From: an uncultured Gemmatimonadales bacterium
Lineage (GTDB): Bacteria > Gemmatimonadota > Gemmatimonadetes > Gemmatimonadales > GWC2-71-9
Direction of reading: 5' to 3'
NCBI GenBank assembly: GCA_963795085.1
Contig: CAWCFX010000004.1
Span: forward strand, 544,001 to 608,000
DNA: 64,000 nucleotides
This document shows, in pieces, positions 10,381-19,554 of the stretch; the first letter of the stretch is position 1; each line of letters begins with the position of its first letter. The notes under the pieces were generated by a model. That model did not search any database, was not told the DNA's origin, and saw only the letters and a program-made list of their open reading frames with translations. Position numbers and translations under genes: made by a program.

Positions 10381-11549
10381 CGTTTCTCGTCCCTGCCTGG
10401 CTTGCGGGCACCGCCGTGCTGATGGCCGCCGTGCTGGCGCTCCACCTGCTGGCCCGGAGCCGGCCCCGGCCCGCGATGCTGCCGACGGCGCGGTTCGTCC
10501 CCGACCGCCCGGCAACCGCTACGGCCCTCGCGCGCCGCCCCGCTGATCTCCTGCTTCTGCTGCTCCGGCTCCTGGTCGTGGCCCTGCTGGGGTTGTCCTT
10601 TGCCCAACCGATCCGACCGGGCACCCGCACGGTGCGGCTGGTGTTGCTCGATTCAGCGCGTATCTCGCCGGCCCTGGATTCGGCGACCCAGGCACTGGTC
10701 AAGCAGGCGGATGCCGTCATTTCCTTCGGCACACCGGACCAGGGGGCGCTTTCCGCCGCCCTGGTGGCCGCGGTCCGGGCGGCATCGGCGATAACAACAC
10801 CGGGCGACTCGGTGCTGCTCGCCATCGTCTCGCCGTTTCCGGCCGAGGCATTCGACGCGGCCACCCAGCGCATTCGGCGGCAGTGGAAGGGACGCATACA
10901 CCTCGTCGTCCTCCCGCCCCGGGTCTTCGTTGCGAGATCGCAGCCGCCCCAGTTGGCCGCGGATGATCCGCTCGCCGCCACCCTGGCCGGCGGGAGTTTT
11001 CCCGCTCGGCTGGTTCGGGGCCTGCCGAGCGCCGCCGATTCCGCGTGGGCCCGGGAGGGCGGAGCCCTGGTCATGTGGCCCCGGACGCCCGCCCAACCCG
11101 ACGCGCCGGCCGCGAGCGGAGACACCGTGAACGGCGTCGCCATGTCTGGCATCGCGATCGTTGCCCGGTTCCGGCGCGATGCGGCGCCGCCTCCCGGGAC
11201 GGCAGTCGCCTTCTGGCTGGATGGCCAGCCCGCCGCTACCGCAGCCCCGCTGGGACAGGGATGCGTGCGCTGGGTGGCTGTCCCCGTGCCGGAAACCGGC
11301 GACCTGGTCCTCCGCGAGAGTTTCGTCCGGTTCGCGCGGCAGATGCTGCAGCCGTGCCAGGGCCAGCTGAGTTCCGGGCCGGCCGCGCCGCACCTGCTGG
11401 ATAGCCTGCGAGGTGGCCAGCTTGCCCCGGCCCACCTGGCCGGCAAGCGCAATGAGCGCCGGGTCCCCGCCAATCCCTGGCTGCTGCTCGGCGCCGCACT
11501 CCTCTACGCCGGTGAGCCGCTCCTGCGCCGGCGGGTCGTGGCCCGGTGA
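10377..11549 (+). CDS. BatA N-terminal domain membrane protein
   Basis: ATG 10377 overlaps the previous stop. MTFLVPAWL...LALHLL...PTARF...LLLLLRLLVVALLGLSFAQP is the BatA double-TM signature. C-terminal TM helix. Confidence 0.8.
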   Translation: MTFLVPAWLAGTAVLMAAVLALHLLARSRPRPAMLPTARFVPDRPATATALARRPADLLLLLLRLLVVALLGLSFAQPIRPGTRTVRLVLLDSARISPALDSATQALVKQADAVISFGTPDQGALSAALVAAVRAASAITTPGDSVLLAIVSPFPAEAFDAATQRIRRQWKGRIHLVVLPPRVFVARSQPPQLAADDPLAATLAGGSFPARLVRGLPSAADSAWAREGGALVMWPRTPAQPDAPAASGDTVNGVAMSGIAIVARFRRDAAPPPGTAVAFWLDGQPAATAAPLGQGCVRWVAVPVPETGDLVLRESFVRFARQMLQPCQGQLSSGPAAPHLLDSLRGGQLAPAHLAGKRNERRVPANPWLLLGAALLYAGEPLLRRRVVAR

Positions 11550-13510
11550 CCGCGTTCGAACGCGTCGCGGGTGCCGCCCGCCTGCTGGTGCTGGCCGCCC
11601 TGGTGCAGGGCTTCTTCTGGGCTGCCGCCGCCGGGCTCGGTGTGCTGGCTGTGTCGAGATTGCTGGCCGCGCTGGCCGGCCGGCCGGTCGCGACCCGCCT
11701 CCTTGAGGTTGGGATAGCGGTAGCCGCCGCGGTTGTCGCGCTGGTCGTCGTCTTCTGGCGAATCAGGAAAGCGGGGGACCGGCTGGAGGTTGCTCTCTGG
11801 ATCGAGGAACGGGTGCCCCGCCTGCGCTATGCGCTGGTCACCCTGCTGGCGGATCCCGGTCCGGCCCGTGCTGCCCTGGAGGCACGGGTGGCGGACACAT
11901 CGTGGGCCGGCCCGCTGCGCCAGATGTGGCTGGGGCGGCCGCTGCTGGCCCTCGCGATTGCCCTGGGGGCCGCTGCTTTGCTGCTGATTATGCCGGCGCC
12001 CAGGGATGCGGCTTCCACGGCGGGCCGGGCGCGCGGTGGAGAAACCGCTCCCAATGGCGACTCCGATCCCTTCCGGAGTTTTCGCGTCACTGTCACGCCG
12101 CCCTCCTACTCCGGGCTCCGGACGCAGGCGCTCGACCGCCCTGAGACGATCACGGCGCTCGCCGGCAGCGCCCTCCGCGTGGACGGAGATGGCTGGTCCA
12201 CGGCGGCGCGCATGCCGGATACCGCGACGGCGTGGTGGCTGGAGCAGGCGGGGCGCCGGCGCCTCCTGGCCCTGTTCCCGGTGCCGGATTCTGTCCCCTC
12301 GGTTGAACTGCTGGTGCCCCGGGGGGACTCGGTGCTCCGCGAAGGCAGCGGCACGCTCCCGCTCCAGGCGCGGGCCCGGGATGATTACGGGCTCGTCGAG
12401 ACATGGCTGGAATACATCGTGAGCGCGGGCGAGGGCGAGAACTTCACCTTTCGGTCCGGCGTGATTGGCCGCCGCCACTTTACGAATGCCCGGGGCGCGG
12501 AGATCACGGGCCGCCTGTCGCTCGACAGCCTCCGGCTGGCGCCCGGCAACATCGTGCATCTCCGGGCCGTGGCGCGAGACGGGAACCAGGCGACCGGGCC
12601 CGGCACCGGATATTCCGACACCCGGACGCTGCGTATCGCCCGGCCGGGTGAAGGGGACTCGGTCTCGGTGGGCCAGGTAGCGCCGGCCGCCGGCGATTCC
12701 TCGCTTCTGAGCCAGCGGATGCTGATCATGATGACCGAAGCGCTGGAGCGCCGCCGCCGCGCCATCGCGCGGGACTCGCTGGTGGCTGAGTCGCGCCGGA
12801 TCGCGGCCGACCAGGCGGCTCTGCGGCGGCGGGTCGCGGATATCATCTTCCTCCGGCTGGGCGGCGAAGGGAGCATGGAGGAAAGCGAAGATTCCGCGGA
12901 GCCGCTCACCCCGGAGGCGCTGATGGCCGCCGCGGCCGAGGCCTCTGGAGCGGACGGTGTTCCCCTGGACTTCAGCGGCGATGAGACCCCGGTGGTCGCC
13001 CTCAACCGGCCGCTGCTGGAGGCGTACAACGCCATGTGGTCGGCCGGCCGTGAACTCGAGATCGGGGCACCCGGGCGGGCGCTGCCCCACATGCGGACCG
13101 CCCTCGAGGCGATTCAGCGGGCTCGGCAGGCGGAGCGGATCTATCTTCGCGGCCGCTCGGCGCCCATGGTCATTGATCTCGCAAAGGTTCGGCTGGTGGG
13201 GAAGGTCGCCGATGCCGCGCCCGGGTCGCGGCGCCCGGTGCCGGCCGGGCTGCGAAGCCGGGAGACCCTGCTGCGCCGGTTCACCGGGTTGTTCGCGCGG
13301 CAGCCGGGGCCGGAACTTCTCGATTCTCTGCAGCTGCTTCGCATTGACGCGCTGGCCGCCGAACCGGCGTTTGCCGCGGCGCTGGGAGACGCGGTGGCCC
13401 GGCTCCGCGATGGGGCGGACGCGACCGATGCCTTGATCCAGGCCCGCCGTGCTCTGGCGGGTGCCGTCGAGACCGCGGCCGGCCTTCGGGACTGGGACGT
13501 GGCGCCATGA
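11546..13510 (+). CDS. Membrane protein with Ig-like and coiled regions (DUF4175-like)
   Basis: Three N-terminal TM helices, VTVTPPSYSG, ARDDYGL, GEGENFTF, SQRMLI, AYNAMWSA, RQAERIYL. GTGA overlap. Confidence 0.65.
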   Translation: MTAFERVAGAARLLVLAALVQGFFWAAAAGLGVLAVSRLLAALAGRPVATRLLEVGIAVAAAVVALVVVFWRIRKAGDRLEVALWIEERVPRLRYALVTLLADPGPARAALEARVADTSWAGPLRQMWLGRPLLALAIALGAAALLLIMPAPRDAASTAGRARGGETAPNGDSDPFRSFRVTVTPPSYSGLRTQALDRPETITALAGSALRVDGDGWSTAARMPDTATAWWLEQAGRRRLLALFPVPDSVPSVELLVPRGDSVLREGSGTLPLQARARDDYGLVETWLEYIVSAGEGENFTFRSGVIGRRHFTNARGAEITGRLSLDSLRLAPGNIVHLRAVARDGNQATGPGTGYSDTRTLRIARPGEGDSVSVGQVAPAAGDSSLLSQRMLIMMTEALERRRRAIARDSLVAESRRIAADQAALRRRVADIIFLRLGGEGSMEESEDSAEPLTPEALMAAAAEASGADGVPLDFSGDETPVVALNRPLLEAYNAMWSAGRELEIGAPGRALPHMRTALEAIQRARQAERIYLRGRSAPMVIDLAKVRLVGKVADAAPGSRRPVPAGLRSRETLLRRFTGLFARQPGPELLDSLQLLRIDALAAEPAFAAALGDAVARLRDGADATDALIQARRALAGAVETAAGLRDWDVAP

Positions 13511-14118
13511 GCCGCTTCGTCTTCGCCACCGCGCAGTACGAGTCGGGCGACTGGGATTCGGCGCCGCTGGTGCCCGGCAATATCATCGACTCGGTGGCCC
13601 GCTACACCGCGATCGACGTGGCACCGTCCGGCGTTATCGTACCGCTGGGTTCGCCCGACCTGCTCCGCTATCCCTTCGTGTACCTGACCGGGCACCTCCC
13701 GGTCCGGCTGGACCAGGCCGAACGGCGAATGGTCCGGGCCCTGGTGGAGCGGGGAGGCCTGCTCTTCGTGGACGATCACAACCACGACGTGGACGGCGCC
13801 TTTCACCGCACCGTCACCGAGGAGATCGGCCGCGCCGTGGGACCGCTCAAGGAACTCCCCAACACCCATCCGCTCTATTCCGCCTTCTTCCGGTTTCCCG
13901 ACGGGCCGCCCACCACCAGCCACGAACTGAACGGCTGGGGCGACAACCTGGTGCACCCCCACCTGATGGCGGTCGAACGGGATGGGCGGATCGGGGTGCT
14001 CTACAGCAACAAGGACTATAGCTCGGAGTGGAGCTACCACCCCGAAACCAAACGGTTCCAGTCGGTGGACAACACCCGGTTCGGGGTCAACATCGTGGTC
14101 TATGCTCTCACCCGCTGA
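13507..14118 (+). CDS. DUF4159 domain protein
   Basis: QYESGDWD, YPFVYLTGH, GGLLFVDD, HPLY, NKDYSSEW, FGVNIVVYAL. Confidence 0.85.
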   Translation: MSRFVFATAQYESGDWDSAPLVPGNIIDSVARYTAIDVAPSGVIVPLGSPDLLRYPFVYLTGHLPVRLDQAERRMVRALVERGGLLFVDDHNHDVDGAFHRTVTEEIGRAVGPLKELPNTHPLYSAFFRFPDGPPTTSHELNGWGDNLVHPHLMAVERDGRIGVLYSNKDYSSEWSYHPETKRFQSVDNTRFGVNIVVYALTR

Positions 14119-15364
14119 CCGGGTCCTCGTGGAGCGGGTGCTCAGGGTGTGCGCGCTCGGCGCTCTTGCCTGGCTCATCATCGGCGCGTTCCGCGAGCGG
14201 CCGACACCCGGTGCCGTGACTGTCTCCGCGGACGTGGCCATCGCGTCGCTCGATCGTTGGGTGCGCCGGGCACCGGCGGAGACACTCGGGCTTCGGCTCG
14301 GCCAGGTCCCCAGCGTCGAGACCCGCGACTACCTGCGGGCCCTTCTCGCCAACGGCACCGCCCTCGCGTGGTCGAACGAGAGCATTGCCTCCATCATGCT
14401 GGACGCCGAGCCGCTGGCCGACCCTGCGGGCGGCGCCATCGCGCGAATCGCGGCGACCGGGGGATCTTCAGTTGTCCTGGGAGACAGCCTGGGAACGCTG
14501 GACAGCATCGAGTCCGTGGGGTCAGGTGCCACGGTGCGGCTCCCGGCAATTGCGGGCGGGTTGATGGCCCGGACCGGAGGGACGGTTGCCGCCCTGACGG
14601 TGTCGAGATACCAGGGGGACCGGTCGGCCGTGCTGCTGGGCATGGCAGGATGGGAATCGAAGTTTGTGCAGCGCGCTCTGGAGGAGCGGGGGTGGCGGGT
14701 GGAGTCACGCCTGGCGATCGCGCCGCGCCTGGCGACCGTGCAGGGTACGCCGCTTCCGCTGGACACCGCCCGGCACGCCGTAGTGATCGCGCTGGACTCG
14801 GTGGCGGGCGCCCATGGCCAGGAGATCCGACGCTTTGTCGAATCCGGGGGCGGCCTCGTCCTGGGAGAGGCCGCGGCCTCGGCCCTGCGGGCGTTGGCGC
14901 CGGGTGGCCGGGGGGCGCTGGTGCGCCCGGCCCCGGACGTGGCGGGAAGCGGGCGTGCGCGGCTGGATTTTCAGCGCCTGGATCCGCTTCGCGGAGGAGC
15001 CGCCGCGCTGGAGCGGCGGCGGGACGATGTTGCGGTGGCCGCCTGGCGGGTCGGCCGGGGCCGAGTGGTGCAGTCGGGATACCGGGATACCTGGCGCTGG
15101 CGCATGGAGGGGGGCGAATCGGCGGTGGCGGAGCACCGGGCGTGGTGGTCGGGGCTGGTGGCCGCGGCGGCCTATCGACCGTTGTCGGCAGCCGGCCCGG
15201 CCGGCAACCCCGCTCCGTTGGCGGCACTCATGGTCCAATGGGGGCCGCCGTCGCCGCTTCCTGTGTCCGGACGCGAGGCCGTGCTGTGGCCATGGTTGGC
15301 CGGACTGCTGGTACTGGCCGTGCTGGGCGAGTGGCTGTCCCGGCGGCTCCGGGGAACGGCGTAA
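14102..15364 (+). CDS. Membrane-anchored protein with class I glutamine-amidotransferase-like fold
   Basis: ATG 14102. N- and C-terminal TM helices, GWESKF, RRFVESGGGLV, GRGRVV...DTWRW, EWLSRRLRG. Confidence 0.6.
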   Translation: MLSPADRVLVERVLRVCALGALAWLIIGAFRERPTPGAVTVSADVAIASLDRWVRRAPAETLGLRLGQVPSVETRDYLRALLANGTALAWSNESIASIMLDAEPLADPAGGAIARIAATGGSSVVLGDSLGTLDSIESVGSGATVRLPAIAGGLMARTGGTVAALTVSRYQGDRSAVLLGMAGWESKFVQRALEERGWRVESRLAIAPRLATVQGTPLPLDTARHAVVIALDSVAGAHGQEIRRFVESGGGLVLGEAAASALRALAPGGRGALVRPAPDVAGSGRARLDFQRLDPLRGGAAALERRRDDVAVAAWRVGRGRVVQSGYRDTWRWRMEGGESAVAEHRAWWSGLVAAAAYRPLSAAGPAGNPAPLAALMVQWGPPSPLPVSGREAVLWPWLAGLLVLAVLGEWLSRRLRGTA

Positions 15365-15382
15365 GGTCCGGGGCCTGAAGAG

Positions 15383-16516
15383 CTACAAGCCAGCTATCCC
15401 CTGGAAGAGGGCGACCTGGTGGTTGGCGGGTTTCCGCGCGGGCGCGCGATAGCGTTCTTCCCGGGTCCGGCGGAAGCCAAACTCGGCTTGGAGTTCCTGC
15501 AGACGCCGGGTCAGGGCGGCCTGGTACTCCCGCGACACGTAGTAACGGCTCTCGAAGTGGGCGTGGTAGCGGGCCGCCACCTCGGGGAACTCCGCTGCCA
15601 CGAAGGCGAGGAAGCGGGGGGCCAGGACTGGATCGAGCCGGAGCGCCGACCCGTGGACGTAGTATGCCCCCGCCTCCTTCGCAGCGGCGAAGAGAGCGGC
15701 CAGCCCCGGGCGATCGTCACTGATGCCGGGCAGGATCGGCGCCACCAGCAAGCCGGCGTGAATCCCCCCGTTTACGAGCGTTCTGAGCGCACGGAGCCTG
15801 GCCGCCGGAATGGGCGACCTTCGCTCCAGCCGCCGGGCCAGCGCGGCGCTGGCGGTGAGGAGCGAAATGTTGACGGTGACCTCGTGGATCCGGGACAGCT
15901 GCTGCAACAGCTCGAGGTCCCGGGTTACCAGCGGCGACTTGGTGATGATCCCGATCGAGAGCCCACGGTAGGACCGGAGCCGCTCCAGGATCTGCCGGGT
16001 GATCCGGTACGTCCGCTCGGCCGGCTGGTAGGGATCGGTGGCAGTGCCTATGACCAGCGAACTGTCCCGGAGCCTGGCGGGGTCCAGTGTTCTTGCCAGG
16101 ACCTCGGGTGCAGTGGCCTTGACGAGGATGTCCTTCTCGAAGGCCTCAAACTCACCGCCCGGCCCCCTCTCCGTAAGCGGGGAGGGGGAGCCGTTGGCCA
16201 TGGCTCTCTCGGTGGCGTAGCGATGGGTCTCCCGGGCGTAGCAATAGCTGCAGCCGAATTCACATCCGACGTAGGGGTTGATGGACCAGTAGCCCATACC
16301 CGTGGTGGCCGGCGTGTTGAGCACCGAGCGGACGTCCCACTCGATGAAGCGGGCGCCGCGCTGGCGCTGATCCAGGACGGAGAGGGCCGGCGGACCGGCG
16401 GACAGCAGCACCAGTTGCGCTTCGCTCGTGCCTCGCTTGGCTGGGGTGAGCACGGGAAGTTCGCGCCTGGCATGTTGTCCGTCGGAACGCCGAGCCGTCT
16501 CTCCGGCTAGCCACAT
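15383..16516 (-). CDS. Radical SAM protein, SplB/Rv2578c/PA0069-like DNA-repair-associated family
   Basis: SINPYVGCEFGCSYCYA (CxxxCxxC), IGTATDPYQPAE, IITKSPLVTRD, APILPGISD. Start placed at ATG 16516, overlapping the upstream small ORF. Confidence 0.88.
   Translation of the reverse strand: MWLAGETARRSDGQHARRELPVLTPAKRGTSEAQLVLLSAGPPALSVLDQRQRGARFIEWDVRSVLNTPATTGMGYWSINPYVGCEFGCSYCYARETHRYATERAMANGSPSPLTERGPGGEFEAFEKDILVKATAPEVLARTLDPARLRDSSLVIGTATDPYQPAERTYRITRQILERLRSYRGLSIGIITKSPLVTRDLELLQQLSRIHEVTVNISLLTASAALARRLERRSPIPAARLRALRTLVNGGIHAGLLVAPILPGISDDRPGLAALFAAAKEAGAYYVHGSALRLDPVLAPRFLAFVAAEFPEVAARYHAHFESRYYVSREYQAALTRRLQELQAEFGFRRTREERYRAPARKPANHQVALFQGIAGL
16151..16190. repeat. Palindromic element embedded in frame in the radical SAM gene
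   Basis: CTCACCGCCCGG-CCCCCTCTCCG-TAAG-CGGGGAGGGGG-AG; encodes SPSPLTERGPGGE. Confidence 0.6.
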
Positions 16517-16674
16517 CTGCCCCATCCGCATTGCAGGCAGTGCACACAACCCGAGTTGCGCGCGATCGGCCCGGAGCAGTCGGGGCAGACGCGCACCAGG
16601 GCAATGAGCGCCGGTTTGATTTGCGGCGTGGGGGTGGCCGGGCGGGGTTCTTGGGGAGGGGGAAAGTGGAGCAT
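16507..16674 (-). CDS. 55-aa zinc-ribbon protein resembling the class II ribonucleotide reductase C-terminal tail
   Basis: Too short for the ORF track. Manual translation: MLHFPPPQEPRPATPTPQIKPALIALVRVCPDCSGPIARNSGCVHCLQCGWGRCG*. First ORF after a clear promoter; overlaps the radical SAM start. Confidence 0.75.
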   Translation of the reverse strand: MLHFPPPQEPRPATPTPQIKPALIALVRVCPDCSGPIARNSGCVHCLQCGWGRCG

Positions 16675-16683
16675 GGGTCTGCC

Positions 16684-16738
16684 TTCGGCTTATGTTCGGT
16701 ACTACATCCGAATATACGCCGAACCTTTTGGCCGTCAA
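16684..16738 (-). promoter_or_regulatory. Sigma70-like promoter TTGACG-N16-TATATT overlapped by TTCGG-N6-TTCGG-N8-CCGAA-N6-CCGAA
   Basis: -35 at 16738-16733, -10 at 16716-16711. Four pentamers at 16684, 16695, 16708 and 16719 form a symmetric 40-bp site. Confidence 0.65.
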
Positions 16739-16806
16739 GAACACCGTGCAAGTCACTCCCACCCGCGCATCCCCGGTTCTCACGCCACCCGAACAGTGAG
16801 GACCGT

Positions 16807-17706
16807 ATGCCCCGGAGACTTCTGCTGGCCCTGACCCTTCCGTTCCTGGCGCTGGCCTGCGAAGGCCGCCTGTCCAGCCCGGAAGCCAATGCCGTCGACG
16901 GCGGCTCCGCCGGCCGGATGGACGCCTTGCAGTCCCGTGGTTACGACGGTCCCGCCGAGCCGGCCACGCCGCCTCCAGGTCTTTCGATCAAGGCCGTTTC
17001 GTCGCCCGGAACCATTCCCCGGGACTCGGTCTCACTTTCCATGATCATCCGGACCGGCAACGCCTACATCGAGGTGGACTCCCTCGAGTCCGCTATCGCG
17101 GCCGTCCGGCGGCTGGCGGAGAGCGCCGGCGGGTATATCGCCAATAGCGCCATTCAGTCGGGCCAGGGCCAGCTCCGCCAAGCCACGCTGGAGATCAAGA
17201 TCCCCTCCACCCGCTACGACCAGGCCATTGGTGGCCTGGCCGCGATCGGCAAACTGGTGAACTCCTCCACCAGCGCGCAGGACGTGGGCGAAGAGTTCGT
17301 GGATGTGAGCGCCCGGGTGTCCAACGCCCGCCGGATGGAGGAGCGGCTGGTGAACCTGCTTGCCACCCGGACCGGGAAGCTGGAAGATGTGCTGGCGGTG
17401 GAACGGGAGCTGGCGCGGGTGCGGGAAGAGATCGAACGGTATGAAGGCCGGCTGCGCTATCTCCGAACCCAGGTCGCCATGAGCACGCTGTCGGTGACGG
17501 TATCCGAGCCGGGCCCAGTGGTGGGGCAGCCGGGTTCCAACGTGGTAGTCGAAGCGCTCAAGCAGGCCTGGCGCAACAGCGTGATGGTGGTGGCCAACGG
17601 GATTGAGATGCTGGGCGCGGTGCTGCCGGTGGCGTTGCTGGGCCTGGTGGCCTGGCTGGGCCTTCGGCGGTGGCGGTCGCGGAGGGCCGCGGTCTCACAA
17701 GCCTGA
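16807..17706 (+). CDS. DUF4349 domain lipoprotein
   Basis: ATG 16807, lipobox LALAC, MIIRTG, GGYI, QDVGEEFVD, DVLAVERELARVREEIE, C-terminal TM helix. Confidence 0.85.
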   Translation: MPRRLLLALTLPFLALACEGRLSSPEANAVDGGSAGRMDALQSRGYDGPAEPATPPPGLSIKAVSSPGTIPRDSVSLSMIIRTGNAYIEVDSLESAIAAVRRLAESAGGYIANSAIQSGQGQLRQATLEIKIPSTRYDQAIGGLAAIGKLVNSSTSAQDVGEEFVDVSARVSNARRMEERLVNLLATRTGKLEDVLAVERELARVREEIERYEGRLRYLRTQVAMSTLSVTVSEPGPVVGQPGSNVVVEALKQAWRNSVMVVANGIEMLGAVLPVALLGLVAWLGLRRWRSRRAAVSQA

Positions 17707-17722
17707 CCAACGGGGTGTCGCG

Positions 17723-18577
17723 TCAGCCGCCGGTTTCCACCGGGCCGAGCCGGCGCGACACCCACTCTTCGACATCTCCCAGCACCTCCCGCCAGTTGAG
17801 GTCCACGAAGAGGTTGTGATAGCCGCCCGGATAGATCCGGAGTTCCTTGTCCGGGTGGCGCACCCGCTCGTAGAACCAGGTGGTGCCCTCCGGAGCGGCG
17901 ACCTTGTCGTCCGCGCCGTGCTGCAGAAGCAGCGGGACCGCGAATTCACCGGCCTGCCCCCGCACCCGCGCAATCGCCGCCACGAGCTCGGTGCCCAGCC
18001 GCGCCGTGCCGCGGCCATGGACCAGCGGGTCCGCGTCCAGCCGTTCCACCGCTTTCGGGTCGCGCGACATGTTGGCGCTGTCGAGACCGGTGTCCAGGCC
18101 GAAGCCGGGCCAGACCCGTGACATCACCCGGCTCACCCGCATCAGGATCGGCGAGACACCGATATCGCCCAGCGCGGGACCCATGGCCACCAGCCCCCGC
18201 AGCTCGCTGCCGTAATGAAGGGCATAATCAATCGATATGAGCCCACCCATGCTGTGCCCCACCAGGTGAACCGGCACCGCGGGGCCGGCGGCCCGCGCCA
18301 GCTGCACCATGGTGTGAACATCCTCGCGGTACTCGGCCCACCGGCCGATATACCCCCGGGCGCCGGAGGATCGGCCGTGCCCCCGCAGGTCAAAGGTGAG
18401 CACCCGGTAGCCGCGCCCGACGAAGTACTCGCTGAGGTGATCGTAGATCGTGCCGTACTCCCCAAACCCGTGGACCACTACGAGCGTGGCGCGGGGCGAT
18501 GCGGTCCCGGCGGGGGCGGCCAGGCGGTAGTGCAGGGTGGTGCCGGAGGGTGTTCGGCGGGTGCCTTCGGCACTCAT
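17723..18577 (-). CDS. Alpha/beta hydrolase (lysophospholipase/monoglyceride lipase type)
   Basis: VVHGFGE, DLRGHGRS, GHSMGG, HGADD, YPGGYH. Confidence 0.92.
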   Translation of the reverse strand: MSAEGTRRTPSGTTLHYRLAAPAGTASPRATLVVVHGFGEYGTIYDHLSEYFVGRGYRVLTFDLRGHGRSSGARGYIGRWAEYREDVHTMVQLARAAGPAVPVHLVGHSMGGLISIDYALHYGSELRGLVAMGPALGDIGVSPILMRVSRVMSRVWPGFGLDTGLDSANMSRDPKAVERLDADPLVHGRGTARLGTELVAAIARVRGQAGEFAVPLLLQHGADDKVAAPEGTTWFYERVRHPDKELRIYPGGYHNLFVDLNWREVLGDVEEWVSRRLGPVETGG

Positions 18578-19476
18578 GCCGGCACCCGGTCTTCCTCTTC
18601 CAGCGACTGGTTGATTTCGCGAGCCGCTTCGGCGCCCTCGGCGGCCGCCACGATCACGAACTGGGTCGCCTTGGATGCATCGCCGGCGACGAAGAGGCCG
18701 GGAACGTTGGTGGTCTCGCAGTGGCCGGTCAGGACGGCGCCCTTGTCGGTGAATTCGCAGCCAAAATCGGCAGCGATCGCGGAGCGCTGCCGCTGGCCGT
18801 TGGTGAAGAAGAGCGCCCGGCAGGGAAAGGGGTCGCCCGATTCGAAGACCACCCGTTCCAGCCGGTCCCCGGCGCCTTCCAGCCGAGCCACCCGCTCCTC
18901 CCGGACGGCGATCCCGTGACGCTCCAGCATGGCACGGTCCCCTGGCTCGATGAGCGAAGGCCCGTCGGAACAGACCACGAGATTCCCGGTCCAGGTGCGG
19001 AGCGTCATCGCCAGGCCGGTCACTTCGGCGCCCTTGCCGTAAGCGGCGATGGGCTGGTCACGCACTTCCCACCCGTCGCAGTACGGACAGTGGTGGACGC
19101 TGGCTCCGTAGAACTGGTCCAGCCCCTCGACCGGGGGGATCTCGTCCACCACGCCCGTCGCGAGCAGAAGCCGCCGTGCCGATCGGGTCTCGTCGTTGGC
19201 CAGCCGGACGGTGAAATGGCCGGCTTCCCGCCGTGCGGATACGACCTCCATCGTTTCCTGCGTCACGGTTTCGTACTGCCGCAGGTCCTCCCGGCCGGCG
19301 GCGAGAAAATCCGCCGGAGCCATGCCGTCGCGGCTCAGGTAGCCGTGCATGGCGCCGGCCCGGATGTTCCGCGGGCTTCCCACGTCGCAGACCAGGACCG
19401 ACCGGCGGCAGCGGCCCAGCATGAGGGCGGCGCTGAGCCCGGCGGGACCACCTCCGACAATGATGACGTCGAGCAT
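18574..19476 (-). CDS. FAD-dependent thioredoxin-reductase-like oxidoreductase (CPYC)
   Basis: IVGGGPAG, LLATG, HCPYCDGWE, GLFVAGD. The NADPH GxGxxA motif is degenerate. Confidence 0.88.
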   Translation of the reverse strand: MLDVIIVGGGPAGLSAALMLGRCRRSVLVCDVGSPRNIRAGAMHGYLSRDGMAPADFLAAGREDLRQYETVTQETMEVVSARREAGHFTVRLANDETRSARRLLLATGVVDEIPPVEGLDQFYGASVHHCPYCDGWEVRDQPIAAYGKGAEVTGLAMTLRTWTGNLVVCSDGPSLIEPGDRAMLERHGIAVREERVARLEGAGDRLERVVFESGDPFPCRALFFTNGQRQRSAIAADFGCEFTDKGAVLTGHCETTNVPGLFVAGDASKATQFVIVAAAEGAEAAREINQSLEEEDRVPA

Positions 19477-19486
19477 AGGAGTAGTC

Positions 19487-19535
19487 GAGTGCAGAGTGCA
19501 GAGTGCAGAGTGCAGAGGGGAAAGTGCAGCGTGCA
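19487..19535. repeat. Heptamer tandem repeat (GAGTGCA)x4 plus degenerate units
   Basis: Four perfect units at 19487-19514, then GAGGGGA, AAGTGCA, GCGTGCA. Confidence 0.85.
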
Positions 19536-19554
19536 GCGTACCGCGTGCCGCGAG

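Noticed and set aside
16517..16783. N-terminal extension of the radical SAM ORF to 16783
   Set aside because: It crosses the promoter/operator and the better-supported zinc-ribbon ORF in another frame.
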